62,612 nucleotides of DNA, filler included, from Rhabdomonas costata (GCA_019059605.1; 38 parts of 38 records of this genome joined end to end with filler, not necessarily neighbours in it); one strand, 5' to 3'; counted from the first letter of the whole stretch, positions 35,727 to 47,705 are shown. The notes: generated by a model from the letters alone, not told the origin. Numbers and translations are program-made.

Positions 35727-36756
35727 GGAGGGTGGGCAGCAGAGGGTGTTTGTGTGTGTGGCAGCCCGGCCGTGCACAAGCGCTCAGGACAAGGCTGATG
35801 CCGAAGATGACCAGGGGAGGAACGCGGCCTGTGCCCCTTCCCGGCGAGTTCGCTTCTTCATTGTGGTGAGGTGGCGTGCTGGGTACAGGGCCCAGGCGTT
35901 GGGGCCCAGTGAGCCTGGCTGTGTGCAACGGACTGTGGGTTTTCGAACGGTGCAGCTGTCACCGTCTGGATCTTCGAATTTGTTATTTTTCGATCGATTC
36001 TTTTCGTGCACCAAGGTCAAACCAAGGCGCGTGGTACGTCTGATTTCAAATGGTATTCCTTTTGTAACGCCGTAGAAATTCTCGGTTCTAGTTCGGCCAT
36101 GGCACCCCCCCCCCAGCAGTTCAGTTGAGGCACCCCCCCCTATGACCCGAGGCAAGAGGGAAAGTAAGGCACCACACTATCACCATCATCCTTTAGCTAT
36201 CTCGAACACAAAACANNNNNNNNNNNNNNNNNNNNNNNNNNNNNNNNNNNNNNNNNNNNTTAATTAATTAANNNNNNNNNNNNNNNNNNNNNNNNNNNNN
36301 NNNNNNNNNNNNNNNCAAGAACAATCTTGAAAGAGTTCGACGAGGAGAACGCGGTGGAGCAAAGAATTTCCAAGAAGTTCGAAGGATTCCGATGACGATG
36401 TGGTGATGGTCGAGATTGCCGCGGATTTTGAAGAAGATTACGTTGAGTGGAATCTTCAAGACTTTCTACATCGAGTTAAAGAATCAAAAAGGGCTTTGGA
36501 AGTGTTTTGTGGCTTTTTGACCTGACGTGTTAGAGTAGGAGTTTGGTGATTGCGTAAAGCAATGGGTTGATGTTTGGTGTATTTAATTTCTTCTTCCTTG
36601 AATTTGTTTGGGGTTTTGGTTGTAGAGTTGAGTTCGTAGTGTGTGAAGCGTTGGGCGGTGGAGCTGTGTATCGTAAGTCGTGCGGTGTTTGGCTGGTTTG
36701 CCTTGTTTGTACAGTTTGGCTGTTGCTGTGCTCGCCTTGCTTCGACGCACAAGCCT

Positions 36757-37208
36757 GGAATAGGGGAAAGCTGTGAAAGGCCAAAGGGCACACTCACACC
36801 CCCTGAATGGCGCGTGTTAGTTAGAAGGGGCGAAGCAGGCAGTCGAAAGCACACCCCCCACGCGGAAGGGCAGCCCACTCGCAGGCAGTTTGCCAAGAAG
36901 GTAGGGTTTTGGAGTCAAAGCTTGCGCGCCCTCGCACCATCGTAGCCCCGCCACGTTAGCAGGAAGAGAAAGCACCACAACCGTCGGGTCACCGAGGAAA
37001 AGCGGGGGTCGCGAAGGACCCCGCCACGCGCCGCGAAAGGAGGCTGAGTGTATTCAAAGCCAGGTACTTGGTGTATACCAAGATAAGCCCCGGCAGCGCC
37101 CAACGCGCGTCACAGGCGTTCGGGAAGCGGTGAGCCCCAAGCCGGGACCGCAGTCCTGTGAACCCACCAAGACAGGTAGGTGGCCAGGCAGAAGGCTTGG
37201 CCGTCACA
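36757..37208 (+). mobile_element. Polypurine tract (36757-36770) plus 3' LTR (36772-37208, 437 bp)
   Basis: GGAATAGGGGAAAG then TGTGAAAGGCCAA...TTGGCCGTCACA (TG...CA with imperfect terminal inverted repeats); an internal segment of about 44 bp recurs inverted at 39618-39661. Confidence 0.7.
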
Positions 37209-37442
37209 GCTGTGCCGTCTCACACACTGCCCCCACCACCATACTACGAAAACCTTTGTCTGGCTCACCAAACTGTACCCTTTAATTTTCTACGACAAAC
37301 CTTCTTACTGCGCATGATCAACTGTGGTAGATTTCGCCGGTTTTCCGTTACATTTGGCATTGCGTCGTTTTACGGAGGGTGCCATTTTTCAAAACCAAAG
37401 ATTGTTTTTTATTGCATTTTACATGAATTCTGAGGCATATTT

Positions 37443-37867
37443 TGTCACACTCCAACTATGCTGCGGGAACTCTTACGTGGCTCCTACCTCTTTGGGTGGT
37501 CGTGCCTCTGGATCCCACTCGAGCTGGACTGTATCCCGAGCTTTCTTGCACAAGGTGGGCGCTGCCTCGGCTTACCTAGGTGTCTTGGCACCTAGAACGG
37601 GGCGGAGGTCTCTTCCGTTCGTCTGGGGGTCGCTCTGGTGATCTCTGCTGGCGTCGCCTTTCTGAAACGGTGGCGGGGGTGCCAACCACTTTTCGATTTA
37701 CCCGCTTCGGCGTAAATCTGGCGACCTCTGGGGGCACAACTCTGCAGACCGGGGGGGTCACTTGTGGCTCGCGAAGGCTGCTTTAGGCACAGGGGGGCGT
37801 CTCTTGGCCGGGCCTTGGTGCCCACACCTTCTGGGCTGTGGAGGGGTTTCGCTGGGCGGGTCTCGCC
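37443..37867 (-). mobile_element. Related LTR in opposite orientation, ending ...GTGTGACA
   Basis: Reverse complement aligns with 37060-37190 (CCTAGGTAAGCCGAGGCAGCGCCCA vs CCAAGATAAGCCCCGGCAGCGCCCA; GAGGTAGGAGCCA vs CAGGTAGGTGGCCA). Confidence 0.6.
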
Positions 37868-37967
37868 NNNNNNNNNNNNNNNNNNNNNNNNNNNNNNNNN
37901 NNNNNNNNNNNTTAATTAATTAANNNNNNNNNNNNNNNNNNNNNNNNNNNNNNNNNNNNNNNNNNNN

Positions 37968-38086
37968 GTTGGGGTGTCCCGACGAACTGTCGCAGGGATG
38001 GCCGCGGCACGGTCCCGAGCCTGCGGGCTGAACCTTAGCCCAAGCAGCTCAGCGTGAGTGTACTTCCGCCTGCTGCTGGATGCCAT
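37968..38086 (-). CDS. N-terminus of a putative eIF4E-interacting protein
   Basis: MASSSRRKYTHAELLGLRFSP contains Y-x4-L-phi right after the start; truncated by the contig end. Confidence 0.5.
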
Positions 38087-38605
38087 TGCGCGAAGGTCAA
38101 GGGGGTTTGTGGAAAAGCTGGACACATTGTGTGCTAGTGTGAGCTCAAAAGTGTTATATTTCTCGTGTGAGCGTGAGACCGCATTAGGGCGAAAGGGAAA
38201 GTAGCCCAGCACAGAACGACTTTCAGATGAGAAAACCAGAACAATAACCTGTGAGCCTGTGAGGGAAGAGTTGCACGGAACAGAGAAGAGCAGCAGAGGA
38301 AAAAGCAGGCCACTTCGCAAAGACTGTTCCGTTTCCTCCCCAAACAGGGCTCAAGCCTCTTGCACGCCCCACTAAAATCTCCGCATTCAACGATGCACAT
38401 ACCAACCAAAGTAATTTCCGCAGGAGGCCTCGTTCGCCCCAACATCTCAGCATCCCTGAGGGGATGCAATCGAGGGTATTCCAAACCCGTTCCAAACGCG
38501 GAAAAACGTCACGTTTCATTCTAAGGCACAGTAATCCCACCTCCTATCAACTTGTACTTTTCCCATCAAAGGAGCACTGATGTAGGATGCACCTCAAAAA
38601 CCGCG

Positions 38606-38632
38606 CAGCAGCAGCAGCAGCAGCAGCAGCAG
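38606..38632. repeat. (CAG)9 microsatellite
   Basis: Direct reading. Confidence 0.95.
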
Positions 38633-38932
38633 CCAACTTCCATCCACCCCATCGCTGCAACCAAGACGTGCACAGTATCAAGGAACAATCCAATCCAGGC
38701 ACAGGACATGCATCTCATGCACAGTCAAACACGGGGTTGCATAAAAAAGGCTAGGGGCAGCACAGGGAACCCCATTCGGTTTCGAAAACCTGTGCGGCAC
38801 TGCAGTTCACATCACCGGGACCCAGGCATCAGCACCTCGAGCAAGCACACACGAACGGCACTTCCGTCGACGGGAAATGCCAAGACGCAGAGACATGAAA
38901 GCCACGAATATGAAAAGGCTGTTACAGCAAAC

Positions 38933-39142
38933 CTCTGGGCACCACCAGCCTCTGACGGGGTAGACCGCCACTTCAAACCCATCACCTCTCTGAGCATTTT
39001 TGCAGTCCGTTAAGATCGTTGTCCTTGCCACACCCACTTCCTGCCGGTTCATCTCGCAATCGAAGTCAGAAAGCAATTCTGAGTTAAAGAACCCACTTAA
39101 CTTGTCTGAGATAACAGAACCTGGCCCAGGTGGCTGCGCCAT
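38933..39142 (-). CDS. First exon of a hypothetical protein (MAQPPGPGSVISDKLSGFFNSELLSDF...)
   Basis: ACCATGG start context, upstream pyrimidine tract and AG, GT donor after 70 codons. Confidence 0.4.
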
Positions 39143-39661
39143 GGTTGGAGCTCGATCGGGAGACGTCTGCCCTTAGAAGAACGAAACTTGAGCGCCAACT
39201 GCAGACCTTAACCCGGCTCCCGTCAGAGAAGCGGTGGGAACCCGGCGGGCAAGCATGAGCAAAAAAGAAAAACAGACACTACGTGGAGAAAAACAGAGAC
39301 GAATGCTAAAGGAAGGGGGATGCAGCGCTTCTTCAGGTTCCGTCGCCCTGCCGTATTTGCCGAGCAAGCGCAGGGGAGGTGGACGCGACGGTGTCGCCAA
39401 GTTCCATCACAGAGGCCTGGGGAAAGAGGGGAGGGGAAGTGACGGTAGAGGCGTCGCAAAAACTGCCGCATTACGAAAGCCACAAAATAAAGCGAGTAAA
39501 AACACCACNNNNNNNNNNNNNNNNNNNNNNNNNNNNNNNNNNNNNNNNNNNNTTAATTAATTAANNNNNNNNNNNNNNNNNNNNNNNNNNNNNNNNNNNN
39601 NNNNNNNNTGTGGTTTTGCTTCGCCCCTTCTAACTAACACGCGCACTTCAGGGGGTGTGAG

Positions 39662-40460
39662 ATTAAGAGTGAGAACCAAGGACCCAGATTTTGCGAGAAT
39701 ATGGACAAGAAGTGGGACCACTGTAGCGCTGTGAAGGTCATGTACTATGCAATGTATGCTGTGGACGATGCAGAGTATGGACATTTGGTGGATGGACCTG
39801 TCATACTGAGGTTTACGAGGGAAGATGAAGATCGAAAAGAGGGAAGTGCGCATTGTGTGGTGGAAGAAACCCAAAATAGGATCCACTGGGGTTTCACCGT
39901 ATAGAAGAGCGGATATACAATCGTGTAGGCGATTACATCAGAGTGTCAGAAGTGGAGAATGGGAGATAAGCACAAGAGTGAGACCGTGAGGAGTGATTGG
40001 TCGTCAAAGAACAGTTGGTTTTATTCCTCACAAGCAGGTAAAGTGTCACGGCCCAGATCACGTAGGTTTGACAATAGAGAGAGAAGTCATGTAGGTGTGG
40101 CAAGAGAAGAGTCGTGGAGGTGTGTGGCAGTCCAGAGGAGAAAAAGAGAGGCAGTGTGATGATGAAGAGTGAAGAAAAGGATGCAAGCAATGAAGAGCGG
40201 ATGAGACCAAGAGAAGAAATCGGATGATATCAAGAGATGTTTGGGAGCAGCGGAGCATTCCATTGATCTAGGTTAGAGGGGAGCGTTTTCTCCCAGTTTG
40301 TTTTCAGAAGTCCGTATGATATATACGTCAGAGACAAAGAAGAACATCAAGAACAAGACCTCCGACACGCTGGAGTTCCAGAACATCAAGAAGATCAAGC
40401 AAGAAGAAAGAGAGGAGCGAGGAAGGAAAAACCGACCGACGAAAGAGGAGTGAGCTCCAG
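39662..40460 (+). pseudogene. Decayed homolog of the 42909-44458 ORF
   Basis: DFARIWT / EYGHLVDGPVILRF..EDR / WGFTV*KSGY vs EYGRILT / EYPVVNGPVQARF..ENK / FGSAVKDVY; stops and frameshifts; charged tail; by-eye only. Confidence 0.4.
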
Positions 40461-41677
40461 GAGAGGAGGTGCCATTTCTTCTTTCTTATACTACGGAAGT
40501 GCAGAAGTATTTGGTGTGGTTTGGCTGTGTTTGAGCTCTTTTTGGAACAATCTGTGTGGACGTTTTGGGTGGGATTGTGGTTGTGCCACCGCTCCCTTCG
40601 GAAGCCAAAGAGGAATGAGATAAGAGGACATTTTGGAGGCAGAGTAGCATTGGAATTGCTACTGGACCGTAGGCGGCCCATTTCACCCCAAGTAACCCCT
40701 CCAAGTTTGGCGAAGCAAGGCGGTGAGGTGAAGACCCCCCCCGGCGAATTAGTCCCAGCAAGCTGCGGAGTCCGCAGAAGAACTGTTAAGCGCAAGCAGC
40801 GCTGGCAAGCGAAGTTGTAAAGTGGAAGAGAGTTTAGTCCCATTCCGAGTGTTTGGGGTTAAAGCGACTGCGGCTGCAAGGCGTGTTTGTGGCCATGATC
40901 TAGATAGCTAGCGGCTCTGGGGAACGAAACTCTTCTCATCTAGGTAAGTTGACAGCGCTCGCAAAGCGAAAGCTTTGTCGTGATGGACTTTGGATGGGAG
41001 CAGATCGCGTGGGCTACGCAGGGAAGTTGCAAGAGCCACGAAGTAGAAGTTGGTCCGAGCCCGTAGCGCCGATACTGCCCTTGTGAACGATGGTAGCAGC
41101 GGACTTAAATTTAGGAGATTTAATCATTGCCTTCCATAGGCAGAAATTCAACAAACAANNNNNNNNNNNNNNNNNNNNNNNNNNNNNNNNNNNNNNNNNN
41201 NNTTAATTAATTAANNNNNNNNNNNNNNNNNNNNNNNNNNNNNNNNNNNNNNNNNNNNTGTGGGTTGTGTATAGAAGCTTAGAATTTCGGACTTTTCTTC
41301 GAGCGAAAAGGGGAATAAAAGCGACACGCTTTTCGCTCCCAAACAGCTCAAAAAAAAAGGGGGGGTCTTTTCCTTGTACGTATTGGACTTTATCTGAGTT
41401 CTCACGTTTATCCTGGAGCGAATATTGACATGGAAAGGCAGCGACCGTTCAGCGGTGTTAATCCTGCAAGGGTGCATACCGCTCCGCCCCCCACCCCAAC
41501 CTCCCAAAAAAAAATCCCTCAGAAAAAGCGAAGCAACACGAAACTCGGTGATCAGAACAGATCAGGATGAAGACAATGAACACCGCAAGAGCGGTCCAAC
41601 GCGCAGTCCAGGTGCAACGAGGGCACCCCCATGTGCTCAAGATGCAGTCCAACCGCTGCAGTAGTTCGTAGTTCTAT

Positions 41678-41925
41678 TTACGCCGGTTCATCCCATCCCT
41701 CCCATTCAGTGGGCGGGGTGGAAGCACTCACTCTGGGCTTTCCTGCAGGACTCGGCCCAGGCCGACGAGCAATGGGAGCAGCACCGTCTCCGTTCTTACG
41801 GCCCATCAGCACCATGCCAGACACCGGCTTTCCAGCGGAGAGCGAAGGTGTAGGCTTCATCGGTTCCGGGGGTTCTGGGGGTTCTGCAGGAGCAAGGGCA
41901 ACGAACGCAGGCTTGGAAGGCCCAC
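41678..41925 (-). CDS. Last exon of a Pro-rich protein ending ...EWEGWDEPA*
   Basis: Strong pyrimidine-tract AG acceptor; acidic di-Trp C-terminus as seen in some trafficking proteins. Confidence 0.45.
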
Positions 41926-42908
41926 CTGAGAAGAAACCCAAAAGAAGGTATACAGAATGGGTGACAGAAACCTTGTTGCAGACGCAAGAGATAACGTTTA
42001 GATTGGAGGCATCATCGACACATCGGGCGGAAGAAGCATGGCACAAAGCTGAGGCAAAAAGCATTAGGTCCAGCTTTCGCAACATGCACTGGTACAGTCC
42101 ATGAAATTTGTTAACCATTTGGTGCATCCATGTTCGAAGTTGTGGTTGACAATTGCGAACTGAGGAATTAAAACCCTCTAAAAAGCAGGAATACGGAAAA
42201 CCTTGACCTTCAGCGGACTGTTCGCGTGAAATGAGCAAAGAGGGTTATTTAGGGTAGGTTACTCGGAAGGAAAAATAAACTAAATCTCCCGACAAGGGGC
42301 CGCGGGGGTCCCCGCACCCAGAAAACCCATTGATCAAAAGTTTAGAAGCGGTTTGTTTTGAAAAAAATAGATTTTTGAGAAAATTGAGAAAATTGAGAAA
42401 ATTGAGAAAAGGACTAGCACCGACTGAAATCAAGGCTTATGTTCATACGGAAAAAGCAGCACAAAACATGCCACCACACCACCACCAATTGGTGGCAGAT
42501 ATCAAAAGAACGCAACCATCGCGGGGGTGCTATTGTAAATCCAACAACTACTCCCTACACATTTGAAACTGAAAGACACACACAGCCTCGCACACAAGCC
42601 AAAGTACAAGAGCGACTAAGACCATCACCCTACCAGCGTTAAAGCCAACAACCCAAAGAAGGAAAAGGAAAAGAAGGAGGGCACAAGAGGCTCGTCACCT
42701 CTCGCGGTAGGAAGGTCCTCAACCAACCACTGTATGAACGATGTTCCGGGGGACGACTGCGCTCTGAACTTCAAAAACCCCACGCAAAACCCACACGTAA
42801 ACACCCACNNNNNNNNNNNNNNNNNNNNNNNNNNNNNNNNNNNNNNNNNNNNTTAATTAATTAANNNNNNNNNNNNNNNNNNNNNNNNNNNNNNNNNNNN
42901 NNNNNNNN

Positions 42909-44458
42909 CAGCCGGTAGGAGACTTTAATCGTATGGGAAGAGGGTCCGGTTCGAGGTCGTTTTCGGTGGGTATGGAGCGCGGAGAGCTCACACAGAAACA
43001 GATCGAGAGAGATCAGTTGCAGTTGCCTGCAGGAGCGTTAGCGCGTAAGAAGGACCGAGACTACTGGGAGACGCTGAAGTATACACCACCAGGAGATATT
43101 TTGTCGACACCGAGTCCAGTTTTGCCTGATTCTTATCGTATTTCTCCTTTGGAGGGGAGTTTGGTGAGGCTGGAAGAGAGAATGGTCGTATTCAGGTTGT
43201 TGTTAGTACACCCGCACACCGCGATGGACTCAGAGTTTGGGGCGTTTTTCAGAGAAATTCGCTCATTGCAATTGCCAGAAGTGATAAGGCCGGACTCGTA
43301 CTGGGCAGTCGCATTAGAACTTAGGGCGTTGTGGAGAAACCTTCGTGGTATGTTTCCTGAGCACAGGTTGAAGGCAGAGTACGGGAGAATCCTGACAATG
43401 TTGAAGGTTATCACTCCGGAGACGATGCAGTACTACTCTGCTGAGGTACCGGCGTACAAGTTGTTGGCACCGCTTGTAGAGTACCCGGTGGTGAATGGGC
43501 CGGTGCAAGCGAGGTTTTGTTGCAAGTTTGAGAACAAACCAGCATTGTTGTATACGTTGGTCCCAAGGTTGAGGGTGCAGAACGATAGTTTTGGGAGCGC
43601 AGTGAAAGACGTGTACTGGTTTTTCCCTGAGGCTGTGCTCGTAGTACCTCCACAGTGGGCTGATCAGTTGCCGACCTTGGACAGAGGTCTCACGTTCGAC
43701 ATGCCGGAAGCACTAGAACCGGTGGACTCGCCCCAGTCGCAGTGGTGGGGGAGGTTCACACTCACCAAGGAGATTATGAAGGACGGCTTGCAGTTCATCC
43801 GCGGAGATCCTGTTAACAAAGTGTTGGAGATGGCAGAATTCGCATTAGTTTTGTTGAGGAGGAGGGGTTCGTATTATGACATGCAGGTGCATCGCAGCCA
43901 GTGGGGTGTTGTGGGGTGGATGCAAGACGTGTTTTTTGAGTCGTTAGTGCGGTCGGGTTTTGTGACGAAGGAAGTGGTTCTCGAAGTCCATAGGAGGTTC
44001 CCTAAGTTGTATTGCCCAGAAGGAAAGTTGGTCGAGGAGGTTGAACCGAAGGCGTATTTTCCCAGGGCGCCTGGGGTCATGTACCCAGATGGGTATGACG
44101 ACCGAAGGAGGTGGAGGCTGAGGTCGCCGTTTCCCGATAAGGAAAAGCGGTTGATCTCAGATGCAGAGTGGGCCGCAAGCGTCCCGAGTGCTGAGGGAAG
44201 GAAGCGGTTTAGAGTGAGTCGTAAAGAACCACGGGCAGATGGAGGAGATGAGGAAGACCAAGACGACCACGATGAGGGTGATGGTGACGCCCAGGGAGGT
44301 GATGACGATGACGACGATGAGGGAGCTCAATCGGATGCGGCTCAAGGTGAAGAGCAACAGCAGGAGCAGCAAGGTGAACAGATGTCGGAGACGTCAGTAC
44401 CCCCTGCAGAGGAGAACAGGTCAGGTTGCGAAGTGCAGATGGGTTCAAGTTCGTCACC
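42909..44458 (+). CDS. Intronless ORF spanning the whole contig (516 codons, open at both ends); unknown protein with acidic tail
   Basis: No stop from the first to the last base of the contig; globular Trp/Tyr-rich region then D/E/Q-rich tail; no family motif recognised. Confidence 0.8.
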
Positions 44459-44558
44459 NNNNNNNNNNNNNNNNNNNNNNNNNNNNNNNNNNNNNNNNNN
44501 NNTTAATTAATTAANNNNNNNNNNNNNNNNNNNNNNNNNNNNNNNNNNNNNNNNNNNN

Positions 44559-45988
44559 GCCACAGCTTGGGTGGAGCGGTGGCCATTCACGTCGCGGCTC
44601 GAAGGCAACTTCCGATCACAGGCTTGCTCTCTGTCTCTTCTTACGGTGGCTGTGGGGCGGCGTCAACATTGGTTTGGTTCTTCCCCGCGAATCCAAAGGG
44701 ACGACCAAAACGACTAACGACTTTCTTCGTGTAGATGGAATGGCCTTTTGAAATGTAGTCGATGGGTACCGACACAGTTCCGACACGAAAAGGAACCAAA
44801 AGCCGAAGGAACTTCATAAGCATATTGTACAAATGGACAAATGAGCAAACTGAAGGCTGGGAATAGCTGGGAATGTGCCTTCTGTGGGGTTGCTGTGAAG
44901 GGTGATATTTCGTGAGTGAGTGTAGGTTTGTGTGGGTGTGGGCAGGACTTGTGGTAATTGACGTTGTGGAGGGCACAGCGATGGACTCTCTGAAGCATAT
45001 GAACGCCTTCCTGGACGCCCGGCCATGCGCCTTCCCCTCACTGGAGAGAGCTGTGGAGTGGGCTGTGGGGTAGGGGGGCGTGCGCAATGTCGACAGTGCG
45101 CGAGTGTCTGTCCCGGGGCAGCTGCGGAAAGTAACCTCTGAGTCTGGTACGCAGATGTGTGTGTGTACATCTTGTGTGTGTGAATTTAGCGAAGCCCATG
45201 ATGAGAGATTGGGTCTGTGTGGCTCCGAGGAAAGCAAAAAGGAACGAGAATTCACGTCAGCAAGAATAGAATCGCGCAGTAGGCAACGCGCAAGCCGGAA
45301 AGGTGGCTGAGCACAAAAAGGCTTTTTGTGGGCCAATCGGGATTACTGAGAACCCACGTACGCTGTTGGTCGCAGTTAGTAAGGCGCCTCAGCGCTTATT
45401 GGTTTATTGGTTTATTGGCCCATCCAATGAGCACTCAGAGCGCAACCTACACAAGAAGAGGTCCCAAAAATTACCTCACCCATTCGGGGTGAGTTGCCAT
45501 CTGCCCACAATTGATGTAATGGGCGTGCCTTGCAGGTGGAGTGAAGTTCCAGTGGCGTACGGACTTGCGGGCCACGGAGCCCTTCTGGAAGGGCTGGTTT
45601 GAGGGCATGAGTGCTGAGTTTGTCGCGCTCCCCCCAACGGTCACCAAGCTCCTGCTCCTCGCTGGAACGGCATGTGGCCTTCCCACTCGGTGGGTCTTTT
45701 GTTTCTTGCGTTCTCATTCTTGCGTTGTGGTTGTGAGGCATCCGTGTGACAGAGCCTCACCGGCATCCAGCTTTCTTTGCTACGTTCTTTATCGGCGTGC
45801 ACTAGGATCGTCTGGACAAGGAGCTGATGATTGCGCAGATGCAGGGCAAGTTCCAGCTCGGGGTGGTGTACGGCACGGGGCACATGATGATGGAGGACAA
45901 GCCCGCCGAGGTGGCCTCCCGTCTGGCGGAGTTCCACAGGCGGCTCATCGCTGTTTCCAACTTCCACGTTCGGCCGCCACCGAAGTGA
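44559..45988 (+). CDS. PPME1: Protein phosphatase methylesterase 1; exons 44559-44621, 44946-45146, 45536-45669, 45806-45988; in-frame TAG at 45071
   Basis: (G)HSLGGAVA, IDVVEGTAMD, RN.DSARVS.PGQ, W.GWF.G.S..F, KLLLLAGT|DRLDKELMIAQMQGKFQL, GH...ED.P are all PME-1 hallmarks. Confidence 0.95.
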
Positions 45989-46442
45989 GGGATAGACTTC
46001 CGGCTTCTGGGGGAGCAGATGTTTGAAGCATTCCTTCGCGGCCCTACAACGGCCAAGGTCTACAGAGTACAGGACCCAGCTCTTGCTTTTGCACAGTTGC
46101 ACAACCCCNNNNNNNNNNNNNNNNNNNNNNNNNNNNNNNNNNNNNNNNNNNNTTAATTAATTAANNNNNNNNNNNNNNNNNNNNNNNNNNNNNNNNNNNN
46201 NNNNNNNNGACAAGACAAAGGAAGCAAACGCGATTTAGTTTCATCGCAATCTCTCGCCTCCACCCGCAGGCACGACGGTCGACAAGCCAGGTAAGTGAAG
46301 ATTCACGCACGGGAAGAGGGATGAATACCAGCAAATGCCACGAAACGAGAAACGAAGAGTTCATGCCGAACGTGAGAACGGGGAAAAATCCAACCCTCCT
46401 CCCCCTTGCGATGGGGAGCTTCTGAAACAACGAATCGAACAC

Positions 46443-47705
46443 CTGCCAACACCGATTGATCGTCCTTATAAGAGAACGCTTCCCAATTTCGTTCATTGTG
46501 CATATATGTGGGTGGTGGTGTCAATTCAGTGCTGGCCGGCACGGCAGTGAGCACAGGTGAGCGTGCACGTGTATGTAGGCAGGCAGTGATAATACAACAG
46601 AACACAACAGAGCGTAAGCAAACGTGTGAATGGTTGGGAAGGGTGAAGGGGTTGACAAAAAGCGGTCGTGAATGTGGAAGCGCAGGCATGGCAGGACACG
46701 CAGCCGCGAGAGATGATACATACGCAGGCCCGAGAAGGATACACTTCACAAGCACACACATAAATGAACAAACTCTCGCCAGAGCCCCATATCAGTCCGG
46801 TGAATCAGCTCCATATATACGCTGGGAATATGAAACATCCCAGGCGGGAAAATGGTGTGACGTAGGTCTGAGAGCTGTTTGTGATTGTCCAGTGTGTCCA
46901 CACGTAAACACGGCTGTTTCTGGCGTTTCAGCTGCTTAACTCTAGAAACTGTGACTAAACACAACTCAAGAGTGGAGGAGCCTGTTGGTTATTTTAGTGG
47001 GGGTGCTAAACGTTCGGCAGTGCTAACGAGAGCGTCGACCACTCCATGGAACGCCTCACCTCCGCACGCTCCTGCCGCGCCGCGGACTGGACTCCGCCGC
47101 AAAAATAATCTTGTCCCTTTTGTCTGCCAAATCCCAGTAACGGTAATTCAAAAGAGCCAAAAACGGTCGACGCCCTTCCCCCCTCCCGCAATACAATTGT
47201 GTAGGGGAATGGACAAACATTCTTTCAATTTCCCATTTTTGCATTTTCCGCTGAAAGAAATTGGGTCCCAGCACTCCAATTTCGTTTCTTACTTCTCTCC
47301 GCCCGCCCGCTTGACCAAACATCTGTCAAAATCTTACAAAGATTTTGAGCACGACAGGAAGCGCTGAACTCAGTAACACCCCGTATTCCTTCCGCAACAT
47401 TGCTCTCAATGTGTATGTGCGTGTGGAAGAAGAAGGGAAGCCAATCATAGACGGCGCAGGTGCACCAGAAAAAGAAAAAAACTGAGCAAAAACGGAAAGC
47501 ATGAATGAGGCACGGTGACAGACGCCAAGAAAGAGACGGCCAGAGAGGCCTTTTCACATCGCAGAGTGAAAGGACGGGTGGGAAAACCACTGCAGCGCAG
47601 CAAACCAAGTAGATCTACAATCATACCAGCAGGCATTACAGCAGAATACTCACGAAGATATGTCGGCATGTGCCAGCGCGTAGGAAAGCTCCACACGCCA
47701 ACGTG
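46443..47705 (-). CDS. Hypothetical protein, three phase-compatible exons
   Basis: HVGVWSFPTRWHMPTYLREYSAVMPA|DLRHTIFPPGMFHIPSVYMELIHRTDMGL..|TELTPPPTYMHNERNWEAFSYKDDQSVLA with AG/GT borders. Confidence 0.5.
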
